Of a DNA stretch of 64,000 nucleotides, positions 57,304-64,000 are shown in pieces. Within the stretch, counting starts at the first letter, position 1, and each line of letters begins with the position of its first letter. Under the pieces are notes generated by a model. That model ran no database searches and was not told the DNA's origin. It saw only the letters and a program-made list of their open reading frames with translations. Location of the stretch: positions 5,597-69,596 of the forward strand of contig CAZHBX010000004.1 in the NCBI GenBank assembly GCA_964530795.1, written 5' to 3'. Source of the stretch: an uncultured Ruminococcus sp. Its GTDB lineage: Bacteria; Bacillota; Clostridia; Oscillospirales; CAG-382. Position numbers and translations under genes: made by a program.

Positions 57304-57332
57304 TTGACAAACCGAAAAATCTTTGCTATAAT
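57304..57332 (+). promoter_or_regulatory. consensus sigma-A promoter of proS
   Basis: TTGACA (57304-57309), 17 nt, TATAAT (57327-57332). Confidence 0.55.
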
Positions 57333-57425
57333 AATGCCTGCATATTATACTAAATTTTTTCGAAATTTGCAAGACATTCTCCGCAAAAAAAGTTGATTTT
57401 TTTTGAAAAGAAAGGGGCCTGTTCG

Positions 57426-58865
57426 ATGGCAGAAAAAAAGCTGGTTGAATCCATCACCTCCATGGACGTCGATTTTGCCCAATGGTACACCGACGTCGTC
57501 CGCAAAGCGGAGCTGGCCGACTATTCCGGCGTCAAGGGCTGCATGATCATCCGTCCCTACGGCTATGCGATCTGGGAAAACATTCAAAAAGACCTCGACG
57601 CCCGTTTCAAGGCGCTCGGACACGAAAACGTGTACATGCCCCTGTTCATCCCGGAAAGCCTTCTGCAAAAGGAAAAGGACCACGTTGAGGGCTTCGCGCC
57701 GGAGTGCGCATGGGTCACGTTCGGTGGCGGGAACGAGCTCACCGAGCGACTCGCTGTCCGCCCGACTTCGGAAACCCTCTTCTGCGAGCACTTCCGCAAC
57801 ATCATCCACTCCTACCGCGACCTGCCCAAGCTCTACAACCAATGGGTCAACGTCGTCCGCTGGGAAAAGACCACCCGACCCTTCCTGCGCACCTCCGAAT
57901 TTCTCTGGCAGGAGGGGCACACGATGCACGCGACCGAGGAGGAAGCCCGCGAGGAGGTCCTGCGGATGCTGAAAGTCTACGAGGATTTCTACCTCGAAAC
58001 GCTCGCTATCCCCGCCGTCACCGGGCGCAAGACCGACAAGGAAAAGTTCGCGGGCGCGGTGGAAACCTACACGATCGAACCGATGATGCACAACGGCGTC
58101 GCCTTACAGGGCGGGACGTCCCACTATTTCGGCGACGGATTCGCCCGCGCGTTTGACATTACCTTCACCGACAGGGACAACACCGTCCGCTATCCGCACC
58201 AGACCTCGTGGGGGGTCTCAACCCGCATGATCGGCGCGATCATCATGTCCCACGGTGATGACAACGGCCTGATCCTCCCGCCGAAGGTCGCGCCCATTCA
58301 GGTCGCGGTCATCCCCGTGCAGATGCACAAGGAAGGCGTGCCGGAGAAGGCGCGGGAGGCCGCGGACGCGCTCCGCGCGGCGGGCATTCGCGTCAAGGTG
58401 GACGAATCGGATAACTCCCCCGGCTGGAAGTTCGCCGAGTACGAGATGAAGGGGGTTCCGGTCCGTCTGGAGCTCGGGCCGCGTGACATCCAGAACCATT
58501 CCTGCGTACTGGTGTCCCGCGTGACCGGCGAAAAGACAGTCGTCTCGCTCGACAACCTCGCCGCTTCCGTGCGGGAAGCGCTCGACGGCGTACACGACGC
58601 GCTGGTGGGGCGCGTGCGCAAGAACCTCGCCGCCAAGACCTTTACAGCGACCACGTTCGACGAGTTCCTCGACCACGCAGCGAACCACCCCGGCTTCATC
58701 AAAGCGATGTGGTGCGGCGACGCGGCGTGCGAGGAAAAAATCAAGGACGCGACCGGCGGCGTAAAATCCCGCTGCATCCCGTTCGAGGAGGAGCGGCTCT
58801 CCTCCGTCTGCGTCTGCTGCGGCAGGCCCGCGAAACATATGCTCGTCTGGGGCCGGCAGTATTAA
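57426..58865 (+). CDS. proS: proline--tRNA ligase (archaeal/eukaryote-like type without the INS editing domain)
   Basis: 479 aa from ATG 57426. [35 protein letters not shown], and a C-terminal Zn-binding-type domain (CIPFE...CVCCG). Confidence 0.93.
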   Translation: MAEKKLVESITSMDVDFAQWYTDVVRKAELADYSGVKGCMIIRPYGYAIWENIQKDLDARFKALGHENVYMPLFIPESLLQKEKDHVEGFAPECAWVTFGGGNELTERLAVRPTSETLFCEHFRNIIHSYRDLPKLYNQWVNVVRWEKTTRPFLRTSEFLWQEGHTMHATEEEAREEVLRMLKVYEDFYLETLAIPAVTGRKTDKEKFAGAVETYTIEPMMHNGVALQGGTSHYFGDGFARAFDITFTDRDNTVRYPHQTSWGVSTRMIGAIIMSHGDDNGLILPPKVAPIQVAVIPVQMHKEGVPEKAREAADALRAAGIRVKVDESDNSPGWKFAEYEMKGVPVRLELGPRDIQNHSCVLVSRVTGEKTVVSLDNLAASVREALDGVHDALVGRVRKNLAAKTFTATTFDEFLDHAANHPGFIKAMWCGDAACEEKIKDATGGVKSRCIPFEEERLSSVCVCCGRPAKHMLVWGRQY

Positions 58866-58883
58866 CCCCTGCAAACAATGCAA

Positions 58884-58915
58884 AGCGGGGAACGGATTTT
58901 CATCCATTCCCCGCT
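58884..58915 (+). terminator. hairpin after proS
   Basis: AGCGGGGAA-14 nt-TTCCCCGCT. The T-tail is weak. Confidence 0.45.
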
Positions 58916-58921
58916 CAAATT

Positions 58922-59028
58922 GTCGATAAACCCTTTTTCGGTTATGTGGATGCGATTCTTACAAACGGGATCCCTCCTTTTCAGACCCCAAATTAAAAAG
59001 CTTTTGAGGACTTTCAAGGAATTCTTTT
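58922..59028. repeat. short intergenic repeat, copy B
   Basis: Contains the same two blocks as 43566-43636, separated here by a 38-nt insert. Also lies between convergent gene ends. Confidence 0.4.
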
Positions 59029-59088
59029 TCGACAGGCGAAAGGGGCTGTCGCATTAAGACAATCCCGGTATGAAGGATTCAAATTTAC

Positions 59089-60054
59089 TCACAGCACCCG
59101 GTTGCGCGGGAAGCCGGACAAAAAAGCGCGAATGTTCGCCTCCACCTCGCCCAGCAATCTCGCGCGGGACTCGTAAGCTGCCCACGCGACGTGCGGCGTG
59201 ACCAAACAGTTCTTCGCCGTCCGATATGGGCAGTCGAGCGGCATCGGCTCGGTTTCCAGCACGTCGATACCCGCCCCGGCGAGCCGCCCGGAGTTGAGCG
59301 CATCCGCCAGCGCCCGTTCCTCGACTACCCCGCCCCGCGAGGTGTTGAGCAGGAACGCGGTAGGCTTCATTAGCGCCAGCTGTTCCTTTCCGATCAGCCC
59401 CTGCGTCTGCGGGGTCAGCGGGCAATGCAGGGTCAGCACGTCCGCCCTCCGCAGCAGATCCTCCAGCGAGCAGAACGTTACATCCGGCTCATTCGCCGGG
59501 ACCGTCCGCGTGTGCGCGAGAATGCGCATTCCGAACGCCTTTCCGATCTGCGCAACCTTGCGCCCGATCGCGCCGTAGCCGACGACACCGAGCGTCTTGC
59601 CGGCCAGCTCGGTGATCTCCCATGACAGATAGGTGTACCGCGACGACGCGCACCAGATCCCCTCCCGCACGGACGCCTCGTACTGCGGGAGCGACCCCGC
59701 CAGCTGCAGCAGCAGCCCAAAGGTCAGCTGTGCAACCGCGTCTGTCGAATAGCCCGGCACATTGCAGACCACGATCCCGCGCTCCCGCACGGCTTCCGGG
59801 TCGATGTTGTTGTACCCGGTCGCCAGCAGACAGATGCAACGCAGGGACGGGCATTCGGCAAGAAATTCCCGCGTGATCCTGGTCTTGTTGAGGACCAGTA
59901 CCTCCGCATTCTTCAGCGGGGCGGGGAATTCCCCCGGTTTCCAGCCGGTATTCCCGTTGCCGCAGTAAATTACGTTGCCGAGCGACTCGATTCCGGAAAA
60001 ATTCATGTCCCCGGCGGTCACCGTGTCCCGCTCGAGAAAGACGATGCGCGTCAA
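59089..60054 (-). CDS. D-2-hydroxyacid dehydrogenase (glycerate dehydrogenase/hydroxypyruvate reductase-like)
   Basis: 321 aa. GVVGYGAIGRKVA NAD motif, NTSRGGVV, and TPHVAWA. TTG start. Confidence 0.85.
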   Translation of the reverse strand: MTRIVFLERDTVTAGDMNFSGIESLGNVIYCGNGNTGWKPGEFPAPLKNAEVLVLNKTRITREFLAECPSLRCICLLATGYNNIDPEAVRERGIVVCNVPGYSTDAVAQLTFGLLLQLAGSLPQYEASVREGIWCASSRYTYLSWEITELAGKTLGVVGYGAIGRKVAQIGKAFGMRILAHTRTVPANEPDVTFCSLEDLLRRADVLTLHCPLTPQTQGLIGKEQLALMKPTAFLLNTSRGGVVEERALADALNSGRLAGAGIDVLETEPMPLDCPYRTAKNCLVTPHVAWAAYESRARLLGEVEANIRAFLSGFPRNRVL

Positions 60055-60069
60055 GGCAATCCCCCGCTT

Positions 60070-62670
60070 TCAGTCAAGGAACCGCAGTGCGTAGGCGAGA
60101 TCCTTTTCGATCGCCGCACGCAGAGTCTCGTCAGACGGCAGGCTGCTTTCGACCGCACCGCGCAGCGCCTCCGCGTCCGGCGAATCCAGCGCCCGCAGCG
60201 CCTCCGCCATCGCGGTCAGCCCCGCTTCGTCCGCATACAGGTACGCCAGTGCGTCCGCACGACCCGCGAGGAACGCGACGCAACCCCGCACCGTCTCCTC
60301 TCCCATCCGGGCGGTGGCGGCGGGCAGGCGGAACGAGCGGCGGACCGTCTCGTCGTAGCCGCAGATGGAAACGTATCGCAGCGTGAACAGCGACACCCCG
60401 TCCGCAAGGTACTCGTACGGCATGTAAAGCTGCTCGGTGATCGACTGGTGGGTCGCACGAACATACAACCCCACACCCAGCATCAGATGCGTGTTTTCCA
60501 CGACCGGGGAGATCTCCTCGGCGTAATGCGCCTGTTTTTCCGTCGTTTCGGCGTAGATCATCGGGTAGATCCCGTCCGTAAAGCCCTCGGCCGCCCACTT
60601 CTCAACGTCCTGATAGACGTAGAGCTGGCGGTCATTATCGTCCGCAAAGCAGGTAAACGTGATCTCCAGCGACGGGTTGACGCTCTTGACAGTCTCGGCG
60701 AGCTGCCGGGCATAGCCGGTAATTACATCCCGACGGACCGCGCACCAGTCGGCCCAGCGGGGATCCGAGATGGACAACGTGGCCGGATCGACCCCGTACT
60801 TTTGCTTGAACGTCTCCGACGCGGGACTCTGGTAGCCGAAATCCTCGTAATTCGCTTCCTGGTAGTAGATCGGCAGCGGGTAACGGATGTAGTCAACCTG
60901 GATTCCATCGATGTCGTAATTCTCCGCAAGCTCCCGGACGATGGCGCACTCGAATTCCCGCACTTCCTCGCGCGAAGGGTCGAGCGAGCTGATCTTACCG
61001 GAATCCACGGTATTCCCGCGGTTGGAAACCAGAAAGCTGTCCTTCATCAGGTTTCTGTAGTGGTTTTCGGGGTAGGTGTGCGTGCTGACGATGGACGCAA
61101 GACCGCACACCATGACGACCAACCGCATATTCTCCTCGTTGCACACGTCCGAGAACGCCTGTACCACGTCAAAGCCATTCAGGGCGTCCAGCATGACCAC
61201 CCCGGGAACCTCGGACGGGTAGGCGGAGTAGCTGCCGATCATGTTGTCGATAATTACGGTGTTGAGGCCGATGTGTTTCGCGTACTTGACGGCGTGCCGG
61301 ACGTCCGCTTCGCTGCGGTAATGCAGCAGGAAGGTGTCGTTGTCCGGATTCAGTTCGCCGACTGTGACCCACGCCGCACGGTTCTGCAAAGTCAGGCTGG
61401 GCACCACCACGTCACGGCAGTCCTTCAGCAGCTGCGGAATGGACTTGTACTGCCCGATACGGGTCTTCGCGTCCTCCGCAGGCTCCAGCGCCGCCTCGAG
61501 GGCGTTGAGCGACTCGTCCGCCGCACGGAAATCGATGTGGGCGAGCGAGGAAACGTCCCGCTTGTAGACTTCGCGGAGCGCTTTAAGCTCGGTTTTGGCG
61601 CGGGAAACGACGCTCTCCGGAGTGGAGATCAGGAACAGCGTCGAGCCGTTGATCACAACGCGGTCGCCCTCCGCCGCACGGCGGGCAAGCATGGTGATCA
61701 TATCGCCGGTCGTGGAAACGATGAAGCCTCCTTCCGGCACCGGCGCTTCGCCGATGGAGTCCGTGACGACCTTCGTGACCGTGCCGTTCTCATCGACAAC
61801 CATCTCGGTCAGCCCGGTGCCGACCGGCGTGCGATCCTTCGTGTAGACCACCAACCCGGTGGACGGACGGGAACGATCGCGCCCGGCGATCACATAACGG
61901 GAGACCGCGTAAAGCGGCTCGTCCTCAAGCACTTCGACCTCGTCTCCGACCTGCACGTTCTCCAGCTGCCGCTCCAGCAGGCTGCCCTGCGCCACGGACA
62001 GCACGAATCCACCGTCCGGGAGCGCCGTGTTGCCGGACGTCTCCGTGCCGGACAGGTTGATAGCGAGCACCTTGCCGTCCTGCACCGAATACTCCGTGAA
62101 TGCACTGCTCGTGCAGGTCGTCGAGGCGTACCAGCCCTCATCGAACAGGAAGCCGGTCATCTCGGTCGTCGGCGGGATGTTGCGGTAGCCGACCTCGATC
62201 GAAACGCCCCCGATTCGCACGCCGAAGCCCGGCAGGAGGTCATCAAATTTCCGCTTACAGGAGACTTCCGTGCCGACCGTCGTGTCCGCGGGCAGTTCGG
62301 TCTTATAGAACCGAATGGCGAACCCGCCGTTCGGCAACAGCGCGGGCACCCCCGGCTCGCCGACCTGCAGGACGATCCCGATCGCCGAAACGAGGTCGGT
62401 GAAGTCCCCTTCCGGGGCTTCGGCATAATCGCCAAAGGTGTGGTCGTAAAGGTAGACGCCCGCGTCGCCGGCCGGTTGGTTGACCGCCTTCACCGGATAG
62501 GTCTGTTCGCCGACCTTCACGGTAAGCTCCTCTGCGGCGTCGGTGCTTTCCGCCTGTGAGCTGCCGGAGGAGGGTTCCTCCCCGTCCTCACCGCAGGACG
62601 CGAGAAGCGGCGCGGTCAGCGCCGCCGCGAGGGAGAGTACCAGCAATCGGGTCCATCGGTTAAATTTCAT
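60070..62670 (-). CDS. glycoside hydrolase family 10-like (GHL10/YngK-type) lipoprotein
   Basis: 866 aa from ATG 62670. Lipobox LLASC-GEDG. DGIQVDYIRYP and the TIM-barrel-like region are typical of GHL10. The N-terminal half is extra beta-rich sequence. Confidence 0.8.
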   Translation of the reverse strand: MKFNRWTRLLVLSLAAALTAPLLASCGEDGEEPSSGSSQAESTDAAEELTVKVGEQTYPVKAVNQPAGDAGVYLYDHTFGDYAEAPEGDFTDLVSAIGIVLQVGEPGVPALLPNGGFAIRFYKTELPADTTVGTEVSCKRKFDDLLPGFGVRIGGVSIEVGYRNIPPTTEMTGFLFDEGWYASTTCTSSAFTEYSVQDGKVLAINLSGTETSGNTALPDGGFVLSVAQGSLLERQLENVQVGDEVEVLEDEPLYAVSRYVIAGRDRSRPSTGLVVYTKDRTPVGTGLTEMVVDENGTVTKVVTDSIGEAPVPEGGFIVSTTGDMITMLARRAAEGDRVVINGSTLFLISTPESVVSRAKTELKALREVYKRDVSSLAHIDFRAADESLNALEAALEPAEDAKTRIGQYKSIPQLLKDCRDVVVPSLTLQNRAAWVTVGELNPDNDTFLLHYRSEADVRHAVKYAKHIGLNTVIIDNMIGSYSAYPSEVPGVVMLDALNGFDVVQAFSDVCNEENMRLVVMVCGLASIVSTHTYPENHYRNLMKDSFLVSNRGNTVDSGKISSLDPSREEVREFECAIVRELAENYDIDGIQVDYIRYPLPIYYQEANYEDFGYQSPASETFKQKYGVDPATLSISDPRWADWCAVRRDVITGYARQLAETVKSVNPSLEITFTCFADDNDRQLYVYQDVEKWAAEGFTDGIYPMIYAETTEKQAHYAEEISPVVENTHLMLGVGLYVRATHQSITEQLYMPYEYLADGVSLFTLRYVSICGYDETVRRSFRLPAATARMGEETVRGCVAFLAGRADALAYLYADEAGLTAMAEALRALDSPDAEALRGAVESSLPSDETLRAAIEKDLAYALRFLD

Positions 62671-62707
62671 AGGGGAAAATCCTTTCATGCAAGGTGTTCT
62701 TTTTGCC

Positions 62708-62736
62708 AGTATACCAGAAAAACCCAATTCTGTCAA
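62708..62736 (-). promoter_or_regulatory. consensus sigma-A promoter of the GHL10 gene
   Basis: On the minus strand: TTGACA, 17 nt, then TGG-TATACT. It begins 5 nt after the ribU stop. Confidence 0.5.
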
Positions 62737-62740
62737 GACG

Positions 62741-63343
62741 TCAGGCGGTACCTTTGATAAACCGCGAGAGCGGTTTATAGACCAGGAAGGCGAGCAGCGT
62801 GACGGCAAGCCCCTTGACCAACGTAAACGGCAGGTTAAACACCAGCAGACACTTCCAGAGTGAATTCATTGACGGCAGCAGAGCCTGATAGGCCGCCAGA
62901 ATCTGGTCGATCGCCATAAATTTCTCATACACCGGGTAGACCAGATACAGATTCAGCGGGAAGCTGACGATTGCCATCAGCACCGCCCCGACGAGGCTTC
63001 CGATGAAAGCGCCGATTCGCGTCTTCTTGTACCGGTAAATGATCCCCGCCGGCAGGACGAACGCGCACCCGAGCAGGAAGTTGCAAAGCTCCCCGACTCC
63101 GCCGGAACTGCTTGTAATCAGGTTGATCAGATTCTTGATCAGGCAGACCGCCACCCCGCTTGTCGGCCCGATTGCGAACGACGCGATGAGCGCGGGGAGT
63201 TCCGAAAAGTCCATTTTGATGAACGACGGGATCACGAACGGGAGCGGGAACTCCAGCAGCATCAGCACTGCCGCGGCCGCGCCGAGCATCGCCGTCATCG
63301 CGATAGCACGGGGAGTCCATGTCTTTTTACGTGTCTTTTCCAT
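62741..63343 (-). CDS. ribU: ECF-type riboflavin transporter S component
   Basis: 200 aa from ATG 63343. FIKMDFSELPALIASFAIGP matches the RibU/YpaA signature, and an FMN riboswitch lies upstream. Confidence 0.85.
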   Translation of the reverse strand: MEKTRKKTWTPRAIAMTAMLGAAAAVLMLLEFPLPFVIPSFIKMDFSELPALIASFAIGPTSGVAVCLIKNLINLITSSSGGVGELCNFLLGCAFVLPAGIIYRYKKTRIGAFIGSLVGAVLMAIVSFPLNLYLVYPVYEKFMAIDQILAAYQALLPSMNSLWKCLLVFNLPFTLVKGLAVTLLAFLVYKPLSRFIKGTA

Positions 63344-63444
63344 GGATAAAACCAGTCCTTTCGGTTGACCGGGGCTTTGCGCGGGAAAACGCGAAAGCGT
63401 CCCGCGGGAGAACCACGGGGCGCTTGCTTTCCATTCCTTCATGC

Positions 63445-63556
63445 GCACCTTCTCTCATCCAGACTGTACTGTCGGTACAGGAATTACACCTGCTCCTGCC
63501 TTACGGCTCGCGGACTGTCACCGCCGGTAGGGAATCACACCCAACCCCGAAGTTTA
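63445..63556 (-). promoter_or_regulatory. FMN riboswitch (RFN element)
   Basis: The minus-strand RNA CTTCGGGGTTGGGTGTGATTCCCTACCGGCGGTGACAGTCCGCGAGCC...GGTGTAATTCCTGTACCGACAGTACAGTCTGGATGAGAGAAGG matches the conserved RFN core almost position by position. Confidence 0.9.
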
Positions 63557-63580
63557 TGAAGTGATGAATTTGTTTAAGGA

Positions 63581-64000
63581 TTACTCCTTGATATCGATGA
63601 CGACGCCCGAACCGACGGTGCGACCGCCTTCACGAATCGCAAAGCGGAGGTTCTTCTCCATCGCAATCGGGGTGATGAGCTCAACGTTCATTTCGACGTT
63701 GTCACCCGGCTTGCACATCTGCACGCCCTCCGGCAAGGTGATAACGCCCGTCACGTCGGTCGTACGGAAGTAGAACTGCGGACGGTAATTGGAGAAGAAC
63801 GGCTTATGGCGACCGCCTTCCTTCTCCGTCAGGACGTACACCTGACCGACAAAGGTGGTGTGCGGCTTGACCGTGCCCGGCTTGCAGAGGACCTGCCCTC
63901 TTTCGATCTCCTTCTTCTGGACGCCGCGCAGCAGACATCCGATGTTGTCGCCGGCTTCGGCGTAGTCCATGGTCTTGCGGAACATCTCGATACCCGTGAC
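63581..64000 (-). CDS. tuf: elongation factor Tu, C-terminal part (gene continues past the right edge)
   Basis: ...[22 protein letters not shown]...[21 protein letters not shown] is the canonical EF-Tu domain II/III. Confidence 0.95.
   Translation of the reverse strand, partial: VTGIEMFRKTMDYAEAGDNIGCLLRGVQKKEIERGQVLCKPGTVKPHTTFVGQVYVLTEKEGGRHKPFFSNYRPQFYFRTTDVTGVITLPEGVQMCKPGDNVEMNVELITPIAMEKNLRFAIREGGRTVGSGVVIDIKE

Noticed and set aside
60448-62559. 703-aa plus-strand ORF
   Set aside because: It is antisense to the GHL10 lipoprotein gene and has an R/G/D/V-rich junk composition.
1-64000. CRISPR arrays, rRNA genes, IS elements, integrases and toxin-antitoxin or defence cassettes
   Set aside because: I found none by eye. 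There are no regularly spaced repeats, no recombinase or transposase-like ORFs, and every large ORF was assignable to housekeeping, transport, envelope or sporulation functions.

Overview
A 64-kb stretch of a high-GC, endospore-forming Clostridia-type chromosome. The gene content plus a dockerin module suggest an Oscillospiraceae/Ruminococcaceae-like anaerobe, but the taxon is inference. Most of the window is housekeeping operons, largely on the minus strand: holB; rsmD-coaD-enolase-like-dehydrogenase; uvrC; ptsH; ylxM-ffh-rpsP-khpA-rimM-trmD, extended by a polytopic membrane protein and two DUF4330-like genes; a Clp AAA+ ATPase; rubredoxin; a GT-C glycosyltransferase; a two-gene ABC exporter pair; hom; pcrA-DUF1015-valS-mrp; glyQS; a third ABC exporter paired with DUF1854; proS; ribU behind an FMN riboswitch; and the 3' end of tuf. 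Sporulation genes are spoVT, a SipL-like DUF3794-LysM gene, a SleC-like cortex hydrolase, and a 23-codon SpoVM-like ORF that is too short for the ORF track. There is one tRNA (Pro-UGG). I saw no rRNA, CRISPR array, transposase or integrase. The most unusual region is about 44.5-50.0 kb. It has visibly lower GC and ends at the 3' end of tRNA-Pro. It carries a decayed lipoprotein-ABC operon (an in-frame TGA, an A8 frameshift and a deletion junction) and two ORF-free, hairpin-dense stretches that may be structured RNAs. I did not find a clear multi-gene novel system such as a defence island or biosynthetic cluster, so the findings below are individual oddities with honest scores. Many long ORFs in the track are antisense shadows typical of high-GC DNA and were rejected.
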